NCBI GenBank assembly: GCA_046262515.1
Contig: JBHEMP010000070.1
Span: 1-45,981, forward strand
From: Candidatus Dormibacteria bacterium
GTDB lineage: Bacteria; Chloroflexota; Dormibacteria; DASZGP01
Length of the DNA stretch: 45,981 nucleotides
Reading direction: 5' to 3'
Below are positions 1-9,759 of the stretch, in pieces (positions within the stretch are counted from its first letter, which is position 1; each line of letters begins with the position of its first letter). The notes beneath the pieces were generated by a model. The model was given only the letters and a program-made list of their open reading frames with translations. It ran no database searches and had not been told where the DNA came from. The position numbers and the translations under genes were made by a program.

Positions 1-1129
1 GGAGATCGTGGGCATGGTCCGGACCTTCGTCGAGAAGGAGATCATGCCGGTCCAGCACGACCTCGAGCAGGCGGACGAATACCCGGAGGACATCGTCCGC
101 CAGATGAAGGAGCTGGGTCTGTTCGGCCTGGCGATCCCCGAGGCGTACGGCGGGGGCGGGGTTGACTTCAGGACGTATGCCCTCTGCATCGAGGAGATCT
201 GCCGCGGGTGGATGTCGATCGCGGGTGTCATCAACACCCACTTCATTTCCGCGTACATGATCGACCAGTACGGGACCGAGGATCAGAAACAGCGTTACCT
301 GCCCCGGATGGCCACCGGCGAGTTCCACTTCGCGTACTCGATGTCCGAGCCGGGAGCTGGGTCCGACGTCCAGGCCATCCGGACCCGGGCCACCAGGGAC
401 GGGGACTCCTACGTCATCAACGGCGAGAAGATGTGGGTTACCAACGGGGCCCGCTCCACCCACGTCGCCGTGCTGGTCAAGACCGACCCCGAGTCGGATC
501 CGCCCCACCGCGGCATGAGCTGTTTCCTCGCTCCCAAGGGCGAAGGCCTGGTGGTGAGCAAGAAGATCCCCAAGCTGGGATACAAGGGAGTTGAGACCAC
601 GGCGCTCTCCTTCGAGGACTACCGGGTCGGCGCGACAGACCTTTTGGGCGGGGTCGAGGGGCAGGGCTTCAAACACATGATGTCCGGGATCGAGGTGGGG
701 CGCATAAACGTCGCCGCGCGCGGCGTGGGGGTGGCCCGGCGCGCCTTCGAAGAGGCGATCAAATACAGCCAGGAGCGGCAGTCGATGGGCAAGGCCATCA
801 GCCAGCACCAGGCGATCCAGTTCCACCTCGCCAACATGTACACCAAGATCGAGGCCGCACACCTCCTGACCATGGCCGCCGCCGAGAAGAAGGACCGCGG
901 CGAGCGGGTCGACCTGGAGGCGGGAATGGCAAAGCTATTCGCCAGCGAGACCTGCTTCGAGGTCGCCACCGACGCCCTTCGAGTCTTCGGTGGGTACGGC
1001 TACTCCAAGGAGTACCCGGTCGAACAGTTCTACCGGGACGCCCCCCTGCTGATGATCGGCGAAGGGACCAGCGAGATCCAGCGCATCATCATCGCCCGCC
1101 GCCTGCTCGAGTTGTACAAGAACAAATGA
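1..1129 (+). CDS. Acyl-CoA dehydrogenase, 5'-truncated by window; candidate methylsuccinyl-CoA dehydrogenase
   Basis: ACAD motifs [36 protein letters not shown] and [10 protein letters not shown]. Overlaps the MaoC gene (ATGA). Substrate is inferred from EMC context. Confidence 0.9.
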   Translation, partial: EIVGMVRTFVEKEIMPVQHDLEQADEYPEDIVRQMKELGLFGLAIPEAYGGGGVDFRTYALCIEEICRGWMSIAGVINTHFISAYMIDQYGTEDQKQRYLPRMATGEFHFAYSMSEPGAGSDVQAIRTRATRDGDSYVINGEKMWVTNGARSTHVAVLVKTDPESDPPHRGMSCFLAPKGEGLVVSKKIPKLGYKGVETTALSFEDYRVGATDLLGGVEGQGFKHMMSGIEVGRINVAARGVGVARRAFEEAIKYSQERQSMGKAISQHQAIQFHLANMYTKIEAAHLLTMAAAEKKDRGERVDLEAGMAKLFASETCFEVATDALRVFGGYGYSKEYPVEQFYRDAPLLMIGEGTSEIQRIIIARRLLELYKNK

Positions 1130-1677
1130 CGCAGTTCGGGCGCTACTTCGAGGACTTCGAGGTGGGAGCGACCTACAGGCACTGGCCCGGCAAGACGGTG
1201 ACGGAGGCGGATGACATGCTCTTCTGCGCCCTGACCATGAACCAGCATCCCCTCCACTCGGACCTGAACTACGCGGAAACGCGGACGCAGTTCGGCAAGA
1301 ACGTGGCGGTCGGCAACTACGTTTACTCCCTGGTCCTCGGGATGAGCGTCCCGGACATCTCAGGGAAGGCGATCGCCAACCTCGAGATCGAGTCCCTCAA
1401 GCACGAGAACCCGACCTTCCACGGCGACACGATCTATGCCGAGAGCACGGTGCTCGACAAGAAGGAGTCCAGCTCCAAACCCGACCGGGGCATCGTCTAC
1501 GTTGAGACGCGTGGACATAACCAGCGCGGCGAACGGGTGTGCATCTACCGCCGCCGGGTGATGGTGCCCAAGCGGGAGCATTATCCCGACCTGCAGCCTG
1601 CCGACCTGTCACCGCAGCAATCACGCGAGGCGGGGCTGATCCCCGAACCAGAACGCAGCCCGGGAGCGGCGACTTAG
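1126..1677 (+). CDS. MaoC-family dehydratase; candidate mesaconyl-CoA hydratase
   Basis: [18 protein letters not shown] and [11 protein letters not shown] hot-dog fold motifs; translationally coupled to the ACAD. Confidence 0.88.
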   Translation: MTQFGRYFEDFEVGATYRHWPGKTVTEADDMLFCALTMNQHPLHSDLNYAETRTQFGKNVAVGNYVYSLVLGMSVPDISGKAIANLEIESLKHENPTFHGDTIYAESTVLDKKESSSKPDRGIVYVETRGHNQRGERVCIYRRRVMVPKREHYPDLQPADLSPQQSREAGLIPEPERSPGAAT

Positions 1678-1789
1678 GCTCTGCGGCTCGTTACCTTGCA
1701 AGGCGACCGCTGACGTGGTCCAATAGGGCCGACACAATGGCTACAGGATCCCTGGGCCAGCACGCATCGCAGAAGAGAGGAGATACAAC

Positions 1790-2293
1790 GTGGCCGACCT
1801 GAGCATGGAGACCCTTCTCCATCCCCCCTTTGAATCCGACCCGCCGCTGAAGTTCAACATGAACGCGAAGCTTCTCGGCCTGATCCTGGCCATCGTGTAT
1901 GCGATTTTCGCGCTGTTCAGTTTGATCGGGATCCCGCTGGCGTTCGCCGGCTCCGCCTTCCTAGCCGCCAGCGGCTACCACGGCGTGGCCTTCTTGGTGG
2001 TCATCGGCGCTATCGTCGCGGCCATCGGCGACGTGTTCGTCGCACTCGGTGGTTGGAAGATGAACAACCTCAATGGGGACGGCAAACGACAGGTCGTCCT
2101 CGGTCTCGCCCTTGGCGTGGTCGCGTCGGTCATCGGGGCGATCGGCTCCTTGAGCTTCACCGGCGTCATCGGCGCCCTGCTGGTAGCCGCGATCATCTAC
2201 TACCTGGTGATCATCAGCCGTTTCCCCGGCGAGCAGCCGCTGGTCGCGGGCTCCGGGGTCACCACCGGCGGGGCGCCACCACCCTCCGCCTGA
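1790..2293 (+). CDS. Hypothetical membrane protein (about 4 TM)
   Basis: AGGAG RBS before GTG, four hydrophobic segments, followed by a terminator. Confidence 0.8.
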   Translation: MADLSMETLLHPPFESDPPLKFNMNAKLLGLILAIVYAIFALFSLIGIPLAFAGSAFLAASGYHGVAFLVVIGAIVAAIGDVFVALGGWKMNNLNGDGKRQVVLGLALGVVASVIGAIGSLSFTGVIGALLVAAIIYYLVIISRFPGEQPLVAGSGVTTGGAPPPSA

Positions 2294-2307
2294 GCAACGA
2301 ACTTCAG

Positions 2308-2342
2308 AGGCGGCGGCGCTGGGCGCCGCCGCCTTTTCATTT
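2308..2342 (+). terminator. Rho-independent terminator
   Basis: Stem AGGCGGCGGCGC-tgg-GCGCCGCCGCCT followed by TTTCATTT. Confidence 0.85.
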
Positions 2343-2396
2343 GGCGTCGGAACCGCCAGGCGGCAAGGACGCCGCAGTTCTGGGAACATTGGCGGC

Positions 2397-2987
2397 GTGA
2401 CATCCACCATCACCGCTCCACGGCGCGCCACTCACCTCCACTGGACCGACGACAAGAAGGCACAACGGTTGATCGCCTCCGATCCCCTCGCCCTCCTGGT
2501 CGGGTTCCTCCTGGACCAGCAGGTCCCAATGGAGTGGGCTTTCGCGGCCCCGCAGCGGCTCAAGGAACGGCTCGATGGCAAGCTCAAGCCCCGGCCCATC
2601 GCCCGGATGGGGACCGAGGCCCTGGTCGACCTCTTCTGCGCCAAACCGCCCTTGCACCGGTATCCCGCCAGCATGGCCCGTCGCACCCAGAAGCTGTGCC
2701 AACTCCTGGTCACCGAGTACGGAGGCGACCCTCAACGCCTCTGGAGTGACGGCGCGGACGCGGCGCACGTGGTCAAGCGCATCGCCGCTCTGCCCGGGTT
2801 CAGCGCCTCCAAAGGGCGGGTCATCGTGGCCGTCCTGGCCAAGCGCCTGGGGATCGAAGTGCCGGGCTGGGAGCAGGTGGCGCCGGCGTGGTTCAGCCTG
2901 GCCGACGTGGACTCCCCGGAGGCCCTCCTCCACTACAGGGACCTGAAACGTGCGGCCAAGAAGGCCGGGAAGTGGCCGCCCGGATAG
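2397..2987 (+). CDS. HhH-GPD-type base excision repair-like protein
   Basis: LALLVGFLLDQQVPMEWAFAAP, LHRYPASMARR and ALPGF helix-hairpin-helix motif. Confidence 0.85.
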   Translation: MTSTITAPRRATHLHWTDDKKAQRLIASDPLALLVGFLLDQQVPMEWAFAAPQRLKERLDGKLKPRPIARMGTEALVDLFCAKPPLHRYPASMARRTQKLCQLLVTEYGGDPQRLWSDGADAAHVVKRIAALPGFSASKGRVIVAVLAKRLGIEVPGWEQVAPAWFSLADVDSPEALLHYRDLKRAAKKAGKWPPG

Positions 2988-3087
2988 GGCGACGTTTACA
3001 ACGATTTTTCCGTTTGTTGCAAGGCCTTCGCATGCAGACTGGCATTAAAGCTTATATTCTTACTATCAATCTTGTAGGAGTCGCCAG

Positions 3088-3339
3088 ATGATTGCCAGCA
3101 GGCCTCACCCACGCCCATTCCCCGGCGCCGACCGGAGCCGGGCAGGTGCTGGTCGCCGTCGACTGGTCGACCAGCTCCCCGATCCCTATCACTCCTTGCT
3201 GGTCATGGTGCAGCTGGAAAAGGCCTCCTTCGCCGACGCGGCCAGGGCATTGGGGTTGCGCGAGGGCAGCGTGCGGCTGTTGTACGCCGAGGGATGCCGT
3301 CGGTTGGAGGCCCTGCCGGGAGGCGACGGACACAACTGA
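3088..3339 (+). CDS. Small protein consisting of a sigma-70 region-4-like HTH only
   Basis: LPDPYHSLLVMVQLEKASFADAARALGLREGSVR...RRL matches the sigma region 4 pattern; AGGAG RBS upstream. Confidence 0.6.
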   Translation: MIASRPHPRPFPGADRSRAGAGRRRLVDQLPDPYHSLLVMVQLEKASFADAARALGLREGSVRLLYAEGCRRLEALPGGDGHN

Positions 3340-3366
3340 CCCTGCCCGCGGTGCACCTTGGCCGGG

Positions 3367-5103
3367 TCAGACGATGGCGAGGGTTCGGTACTCGCCAAAG
3401 ACCTCGCGCATGACACCGCAGATCTCGCCCAGTGTCGCGTAGGCGCGCACAGCCTCCAGGATTGGGGGCATCAGGTCGGCATCGGGGTCTGTCGCCGCCG
3501 CGCGCAGGGCCTCCAGTGCCGTTTCCACGTCGGGGGCCTGCCGCCCCGCCTTGAGTGCTGCCAGCTTGTCCACCTGGGAGAGTTCGAGGGCCCGATTGTC
3601 CACGCGGAAGAATTCGCTGGCAGGCTCCTCCTCGGTGCGGTACTTGTTTACTCCCACGACGACGCGCTGACCCGATTCAACCTCCTTTTCGAACCGGTAA
3701 CTCTCGTCGGCGATCACGCCCTGGTAATAGCCGGTCTCGATAGCCCTGACCGCACCCCCGACCTCCTTTTCGATCTTCTCCAGCTCCGCCCACGCGCGCC
3801 GTTCCAGTTCGTCGGTCAGGTGCTCGACGTAGTAACTGCCCGCCAGCGGGTCGACGGTATCCGTCACCCCTATCTCCTCCGCGATGATCTGCTGAGTCCG
3901 CACCGCGATCTGCTGGGCCTTCTCAGTGGGGATGGCAAGGGCCTCGTCGTAGCAGCTGAGGGCCATTGACTGCACGCCTCCCAGGACCGCTGAGAGGGCC
4001 TGGATCGCCGCTCGGACGATGTTGTTCTCGGGCTGCTGGGCGGTGAGCAGGCTGCCCCCGGTCTGGGTATGCGTCCGTAGCATCATGCTGGACTCCCGCT
4101 GGGCTCCATATCGCTCCTTCATCAGCCGTGCCCACATACGCCGCAGCGCCCGGTACTTGGCGATCTCCTCAAAGAAGTCGATATGGGTGTTGAAGATCCA
4201 GCTGAGACGACCGGCGAACTCGTCGACCGTCACCCCCCGGGCCAGCGTGGCGTCGATGTAGGCGCAGGCGTTGGCGAAGGCGAAGGCCATCTCCTGGACC
4301 GCCGTCGAGCCGGCCTCCCGCATGTGGTAGCCGCTGAGGGAGATGGCGTTGAACTTCGGGTGGTTGCGGGCACAGTGCGCGATCAGGTCGGCGGCCAGCC
4401 GCAGGGAGGCGGCCGGCGGGTAGATGAAGGTCCCGCGCGCGACGTACTCCTTGAGGACGTCGTTCTGCGTCGTGGCGTTGACCTGGTCGCGAGTGGCGCC
4501 CTGCTTCTCGGCCACGACGATGTACATCGCGGCCAGGACCGGGGCGGGCGCGTTGATGGTCATGGAGGTGGAGACTCGGCTGAGCGGGATGCCGTCGAAC
4601 AGCGCTTCCATGTCCGCTAACGAGTCGATCGCCACTCCCACCTGGCCCACCTCGCCCTCCGCCCGGGGATCATCCGAGTCGAGGCCCATCTGGGTGGGCA
4701 GGTCGAAGGCCACCGAGAGGCCAGGCTGGCCATGGTCGAGGAGGAACTTGAATCGCTTGTTGGATTCCTCCGCGGTGCCGAAGCCCGCGTACTGCCGGAT
4801 GGACCAGGGTTGGCCCCGGTACATGTTGGCGCGGATGCCGCGCGTGAAGGGGTACTGACCGGGGAACCCCAGGTCACGCTCGTAGTCCAGCGCGGAGACG
4901 GAATCGGGCGTGTAGAGGGTGTTTACGTCCAGGTGCGAAGGAGTCTCGAAGGCTCCTTTGCGCTCGCCCCGGGCCAGCGACTTCTGCAGTGGTCCCGCTC
5001 GCCACTCGGCCCGCAGGTGCTCCAGCCTGGAGGAGTTCAATCCTTCCCGCGGAGCAGCGCTGCGCTCCGCCGCGCGCGGCTGCCAACTCTTCGCCTCCGC
5101 CAT
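3367..5103 (-). CDS. Acyl-CoA mutase large subunit (methylmalonyl-CoA mutase N-terminal domain, no B12-binding domain)
   Basis: GQYPFTRG, WSIRQYAGFG, LSVAFDLPTQMG, QNDVLKEY, GYHMREAG and ATLGEI. Start at ATG 5103 is supported by TAGACT 7 nt upstream. Confidence 0.92.
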   Translation of the reverse strand: MAEAKSWQPRAAERSAAPREGLNSSRLEHLRAEWRAGPLQKSLARGERKGAFETPSHLDVNTLYTPDSVSALDYERDLGFPGQYPFTRGIRANMYRGQPWSIRQYAGFGTAEESNKRFKFLLDHGQPGLSVAFDLPTQMGLDSDDPRAEGEVGQVGVAIDSLADMEALFDGIPLSRVSTSMTINAPAPVLAAMYIVVAEKQGATRDQVNATTQNDVLKEYVARGTFIYPPAASLRLAADLIAHCARNHPKFNAISLSGYHMREAGSTAVQEMAFAFANACAYIDATLARGVTVDEFAGRLSWIFNTHIDFFEEIAKYRALRRMWARLMKERYGAQRESSMMLRTHTQTGGSLLTAQQPENNIVRAAIQALSAVLGGVQSMALSCYDEALAIPTEKAQQIAVRTQQIIAEEIGVTDTVDPLAGSYYVEHLTDELERRAWAELEKIEKEVGGAVRAIETGYYQGVIADESYRFEKEVESGQRVVVGVNKYRTEEEPASEFFRVDNRALELSQVDKLAALKAGRQAPDVETALEALRAAATDPDADLMPPILEAVRAYATLGEICGVMREVFGEYRTLAIV

Positions 5104-5172
5104 GGCGTCCAGTCTAGACACGCCTGGGCGCAAGCCGCCCGGCAAACTCGGGCGCCCCCGGGGGGTGCGAAC

Positions 5173-5239
5173 CTGTTACACCACTGTCACGTTAAGGGGG
5201 GTGTGTAAATAGTGATAGTCACAGTTACATGGAATGTAA
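5173..5239. promoter_or_regulatory. Candidate transcription-factor sites in divergent promoter region
   Basis: CTGTTACA (5173) and CTGTCACG (5184) with 11-bp period, GTCACA-GTTACA (5218-5229) and palindrome TTACAT-N3-ATGTAA (5225-5239). Confidence 0.4.
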
Positions 5240-5298
5240 TAGTTCACAGCAGACCGATGGTGACACCGTTCACCGGCGGTTGGACACGGAGGATCGAC

Positions 5299-6237
5299 AT
5301 GGCGGCAAAGGTTTTGAGAAGGAGCACGGCGGGCTCCGCGGCGATCATGGTCGCGAGCGCTGGCATCTGGTTGAACACGGCGCCGTCGCTGGCCAAGGAT
5401 CACGACCCGGGCACGGCGGCGAAGCCGGCCGCGAGCAGCAGCAGCAGCGGCCACGACAGCGCGGGCGACAACAACGCCGGCGACGTCTGGACGGACAACG
5501 TCGGGCAGCCGTCGGGGCCGGGGCATGAGCAGGATCCGCACCTGGCCTGCACCGACATCAACCTGTGGGGCGCGAAGATGGCGGATCCAAGCGGATCCTA
5601 TGCCATCGACTCAATACCCCCGTCCGGCAGGGGGGGCGTCGTTTACACGTCGACCTGGCGGTACAACCAGGCGCAGGGCGGGGTGCAGGTGATCAGCGTG
5701 ATCCCCGTCCATACCCTGGTGGCCAACGCCCAGGCGGCGGGCGCCACCCCACAGAACAAGAACGGCTATCACTTCAAGCTCGACCTCAGCCAGGACCCCC
5801 AGAAGCACAAGACCTTCTGGGTCGACTGCCCCGCCCCGGCACCGACGTCGGTACCCCCGACTGTCGTCTCCCATACCGAGGGTAGCGGCGGCACCGGGGT
5901 CCTTCCCGTCGCCACCACCGAGGGCACGCCGGGCACAGAAGGCAACGGCCTTGGGGCCGGGGGCGCTGTCGCGGGCGTGAGCACCGAAAACGGCACGGTT
6001 TCGCCGGCCGGCGAGGTCCTGGGTGCCAGCACCGTGGCCCCGAGGGCGGCGGTGGGCACCTCGGCTTCGGCCGGGGCGGTACTCAGCAGCAAGATGACCC
6101 AGCCCGTGGGAGGGGTCCTCGGCGCCGCCACATCAATGCCCACCACGGGCCGCGGTCTGGTCGCCGGCGGGCTGCTGGCTGCCCTGGCGATGATCGTCGC
6201 GGGCGCCCTGATGGTGAGGCAGAGCCGCACCTCGTAG
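5299..6237 (+). CDS. Secreted protein with LPXTG-like (MPTTG) C-terminal sorting signal
   Basis: GGAGG RBS before ATG 5299, signal-peptide-like N-terminus, Gly/Thr/Ala-rich linker, MPTTG then a hydrophobic helix and basic tail RQSR. Confidence 0.8.
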   Translation: MAAKVLRRSTAGSAAIMVASAGIWLNTAPSLAKDHDPGTAAKPAASSSSSGHDSAGDNNAGDVWTDNVGQPSGPGHEQDPHLACTDINLWGAKMADPSGSYAIDSIPPSGRGGVVYTSTWRYNQAQGGVQVISVIPVHTLVANAQAAGATPQNKNGYHFKLDLSQDPQKHKTFWVDCPAPAPTSVPPTVVSHTEGSGGTGVLPVATTEGTPGTEGNGLGAGGAVAGVSTENGTVSPAGEVLGASTVAPRAAVGTSASAGAVLSSKMTQPVGGVLGAATSMPTTGRGLVAGGLLAALAMIVAGALMVRQSRTS

Positions 6238-6253
6238 AGCCCTTCCAAAGCCG

Positions 6254-6285
6254 AAGGGGCGCCCGTATGGGCGCCCCTTTTTCTT
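6254..6285 (+). terminator. Rho-independent terminator between convergent genes
   Basis: AAGGGGCGCCC-gtat-GGGCGCCCCTT followed by TTTCTT. Confidence 0.9.
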
Positions 6286-6300
6286 GTCCGCTGCTCGGCG

Positions 6301-7548
6301 TTACTCCGCCCGGCCCTGGCCCTCCGCGCCGGCCTGGACGAGGATCGCGATCTTGCCGGTGTGGGCGTTCTCGTACATCTTCTGGTGAGCCCGGGCGACG
6401 TCCTCGAAGGGCAGGGTCTCACTCAGCACCGGCTGGATCTTTCCCTCGATGATCAGCTGGTTCGCCGCCGTCGCCTCGAAGGCATTGGCGAAGTGACTGC
6501 CGATGATCCGCTTCTGGCGCATCCAGAGATGACGAACATCGAAGTCAAGCTGGTACCCGCTGGTGGCTCCGACGATGACGATCTTGCCGAAGCGGGAACA
6601 CACCAGCACGGAGGTCGGAAACGTCGCCTGCCCCACGTGCTCGAATACGATGTTGGGCTCCTTTCCGCCAAAGTGGGTGCGCAGCTCCTTGCGGAAGCGA
6701 TGCGACTCCTTGAGCCGTCTGGCTTCTTCCTCCTCGGTTTCCTTACCGGTGCGCTCGAAGCCGTAGTCCTTGCGGTTGATGGCTGCCACCGCGCCGAGGT
6801 CGAGGACCATCTGCTTCTTGTCCTCGCTGCTGACGACGCCGACGGCGTTGGCGCCGACCAGTTTGCAGAGCTGGATCCCGAACACCCCCAATCCCCCGGC
6901 GGCACCCCAGACCAGGACGTTGTCACCGGCCTTGATCTCGCACTGGTTGATCAACATCCGGTAGGCCGTGAAGTAGGTCAGGGCGTAGCTGGCCGCCTCC
7001 TCCCAGGTCAGGTTTTTGGGTTTGGGCACCAGCTGCTGGGCCTGGACCTTGGTGAACTGCGCGAAGGAGCCCCAGGTGGTCTCATACCCCCAGATCTTCT
7101 GCCACTGGCAGGCGAGGGGATCGTAGCCGTTGCACTCCGGGCACTCCCCACAGCTCTGGTTGCAGTGGATGACCACCTCGTCGCCGGCCTTCCAGCGCTT
7201 GACGTTGCTGCCCACCTTCCAGACGATGCCGCTGGCGTCGCTGCCCCCGATGTGGTGGTCGAAGTCGGGATGGGAGTCGAACACCGAGACCGGCTCGCCA
7301 AGCGAGGCCCAGACGTTGTTGAAGTTCACCCCCGCCGCCATGACCATGACGACGACCTCGTCAGCCGCGGGCTCGGGCACCTCGATGTCTTCGACCTGGA
7401 ACGCCTGGGTCGGCTCGCCCTGGCGCTCTCGACGAATCACCCAGGCTTTCATCCGCCTGGGCAGCTGGCCCGGCTTGATGTCCGCGGGCACCTGTCCCAG
7501 GGGCACCTCGTCCACCGTCCGCTCCGGCTCGTTATCTGCAATGGCCAT
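6301..7548 (-). CDS. ccr: Crotonyl-CoA carboxylase/reductase
   Basis: VMAAGVNFNNVWA, HIGGSDASG, IWGYET, WGAAGGLG, VFEHVG, LWMRQK and GSHFAN; GGAGG RBS. Confidence 0.92.
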   Translation of the reverse strand: MAIADNEPERTVDEVPLGQVPADIKPGQLPRRMKAWVIRRERQGEPTQAFQVEDIEVPEPAADEVVVMVMAAGVNFNNVWASLGEPVSVFDSHPDFDHHIGGSDASGIVWKVGSNVKRWKAGDEVVIHCNQSCGECPECNGYDPLACQWQKIWGYETTWGSFAQFTKVQAQQLVPKPKNLTWEEAASYALTYFTAYRMLINQCEIKAGDNVLVWGAAGGLGVFGIQLCKLVGANAVGVVSSEDKKQMVLDLGAVAAINRKDYGFERTGKETEEEEARRLKESHRFRKELRTHFGGKEPNIVFEHVGQATFPTSVLVCSRFGKIVIVGATSGYQLDFDVRHLWMRQKRIIGSHFANAFEATAANQLIIEGKIQPVLSETLPFEDVARAHQKMYENAHTGKIAILVQAGAEGQGRAE

Positions 7549-7683
7549 CCACTACCTCCGCCGTTGGCTCCAGAAGGGGTCAGATCCTACCCGTCACCGG
7601 GCTGCTGGCGCCTGCCGGACAGGCCACCGGTGCGCTGTTACAGGCCACTAGGATCGACGTCCAATTGTCACGGAGGTCGAGCC

Positions 7684-8670
7684 TTGAAGGTCTTCATTAC
7701 CGGTGGCACCGGGTTCATCGGGTCCGAGGTGGTTCGCCGTCTGATCGCCCGGGGGGATTCCGTCACGGCCATGGTCCGCGACCCCACCCGGTGCGGCTCC
7801 CTGGCTGCCGAGGGCGTTCGCCTGGTCGCCGGCGACCTGTCCTCGGATGCAGCCCTGGCGGAAGGCATCCAGGGCGCGGCGGCCGTCATCCACTGCGCGG
7901 CAATTTATGAGGTGGGGATCCCCGCCGCCCGGCGACCGGCAATGCTCGCGGCCAACGTGGAGGGTACGGAACGCGTGCTCCGCCTGGCGGGCGAGGCGAA
8001 GGTCGCCAGGATCGTCTACGTCTCGACCATCAACGCCTTTGGCAACACGGAGGGGCAGGTGGTCGACGAGAGCCACCAGCACAGCCGCCGCTACGTCTCC
8101 TATTACGACGAGACCAAGCACCTCGCCCACCTCTCCGCCAGGGCCGCGGCGGACGCCGGCGCGCCGGTGGTCATCGTGCAGCCCGGCGCGGTCTACGGCC
8201 CGGGCGACCACTCCGCGGTGGGCAGCCTCATCAACCAGTTCATCGCGGGCCGGCTGCCGGCCATGACTTTCCCGGAGACCGGGTTGAACATGGTGCACCG
8301 CGACGATGTCGCCGAAGGCATCCTCCTGGCCCTCGACCGAGGCCGCACAGGGGAGCAATACGTGCTGGGAGGCGAGATCACCACCCTCCGTGGGGTCATC
8401 GAAGCCGTGGGTGCCCTTGTGGACAAAAAGCCGCCGGGGATGACGGTTCCCGCCGGGCTCATGAAGGCGCTCTCCCCGCTCGGCCGGGTCATCGGCCCCG
8501 CGATGGGAGTTGGACCCAACCTCGCCGAGATTGTCAGTGCGAGCGACGGCGTAACCTACTGGGCCCGGGATGACAAGGCTCGCGGCGAACTGGGCTACTC
8601 GCCGCGGAGCCTTCGCGATGGGCTGAGGCAGATGCTCGAGGTCGAAGGTCGTCTTCCCAGCGTCACATAA
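7684..8670 (+). CDS. NAD-dependent epimerase/dehydratase (extended SDR)
   Basis: TGGTGFIG, HCAA and YxxxK (YDETK). TTG start after GGAGGT; the listed 769-aa ORF is over-extended. Confidence 0.9.
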   Translation: MKVFITGGTGFIGSEVVRRLIARGDSVTAMVRDPTRCGSLAAEGVRLVAGDLSSDAALAEGIQGAAAVIHCAAIYEVGIPAARRPAMLAANVEGTERVLRLAGEAKVARIVYVSTINAFGNTEGQVVDESHQHSRRYVSYYDETKHLAHLSARAAADAGAPVVIVQPGAVYGPGDHSAVGSLINQFIAGRLPAMTFPETGLNMVHRDDVAEGILLALDRGRTGEQYVLGGEITTLRGVIEAVGALVDKKPPGMTVPAGLMKALSPLGRVIGPAMGVGPNLAEIVSASDGVTYWARDDKARGELGYSPRSLRDGLRQMLEVEGRLPSVT

Positions 8671-8763
8671 AATGGTTCCCAGCTTTCTCGGGCCAGGCGC
8701 CCCCGCCCGGCCACTTTCGGATTGCCAGTGCCCACTCGAGGCCTGGCGAAAGGAGGTTGCCCA

Positions 8764-9759
8764 GTGACGATCAGGCTCCGTCGCTCCTGCGTAGCGGTGC
8801 CCGGCAGCTCGGAGAAGATGCTGCGCAAGGCCGGCGAGAACGCCGCCTTTGGTGCTGACCAGTTCTTCCTCGACCTCGAGGACGCCGTCGCACCCGGGGT
8901 GAAGGAGGCGGCCCGCGCGAACGTTGTCGCCGCCCTCAACGAGTACCAGTTCGGGGATGCCGTGCGGGTCGTTCGGGTGAACGCCGCCGACCACCCCAAC
9001 TCCTACGGGGACATCCTCTCGGTCGTCGAGGGCGCGGGTGCGCGCCTCGACTGCCTGATGATCCCCAAGGTGGCCAACGTCAGCCACGTCCACTTCGTGG
9101 ACCGACTCCTGGACCAGATGGAGAAGAACCTCGGTCTGAAGAACCGCATCGGCCTGGAATTACAGATCGAAACCGCGGAAGGCCTGATCAACGTGAACCA
9201 GATCGCCGCGGCCTCCACCCGCACGGAGACGATCATCTTCGGTCCAGGCGACTTCAGCGCCAACATCGGCATGCCCCAGCTGACCGTCGGCCAGATCGAC
9301 AACCGCTACCCCGGCGACATCTGGCACCACGTCAACATGTCGATCCTGATGGCCGCCCGGGCATACGGCCTGCAGGCCATCGACGGCCCGTACGCCCTCA
9401 TCCGGGACGAGCCCGGGCTCCGCGAGGTGGCAATGCGCACCTACCTGATGGGCTTCGACGGCAAATGGGCCCTCCACCCGGACCAGGTGGCGCCCCTCAA
9501 CCAGATCTACACCCCGCCGCTGGAGTCCTATGAGCGCGCCGAGGGCATCATGGCCGCGTACAAGAAGGCCACCGAGGAGGACAAGCTTGGTGCTGTCATG
9601 TTCGGCAACGAGATGATCGACGAGGCCAGCCGGAAAATGGCGGAGCAGCTGGCGATCAAGGGCAGGCACGCCGGCCTCGACAAGAGGCTTGCCGAGAAGC
9701 AGGCGGCGGCCAATGGCGCGGTTCCCGCCGGGACCACCAACAGCGGAGACAACAAATGA
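8764..9759 (+). CDS. CitE/HpcH-family CoA-ester lyase; candidate malyl-/beta-methylmalyl-CoA lyase
   Basis: RRSCVAVPG, FLDLEDAVA, VRVN, QIET, FGPGDFSA, IDGP and GFDGKWALHP; AGGAGGT RBS before GTG 8764. Confidence 0.88.
   Translation: MTIRLRRSCVAVPGSSEKMLRKAGENAAFGADQFFLDLEDAVAPGVKEAARANVVAALNEYQFGDAVRVVRVNAADHPNSYGDILSVVEGAGARLDCLMIPKVANVSHVHFVDRLLDQMEKNLGLKNRIGLELQIETAEGLINVNQIAAASTRTETIIFGPGDFSANIGMPQLTVGQIDNRYPGDIWHHVNMSILMAARAYGLQAIDGPYALIRDEPGLREVAMRTYLMGFDGKWALHPDQVAPLNQIYTPPLESYERAEGIMAAYKKATEEDKLGAVMFGNEMIDEASRKMAEQLAIKGRHAGLDKRLAEKQAAANGAVPAGTTNSGDNK

Noticed and set aside
3367-5103. Naming this gene ecm/meaA or icmA
   Set aside because: The motif is RQYAGF, not RTYAGH or RQFAGF.
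6361-7683. N-terminal 441 aa of the 769-aa plus-strand ORF
   Set aside because: Mostly an antisense shadow of ccr; the real SDR starts at TTG 7684 after an RBS.
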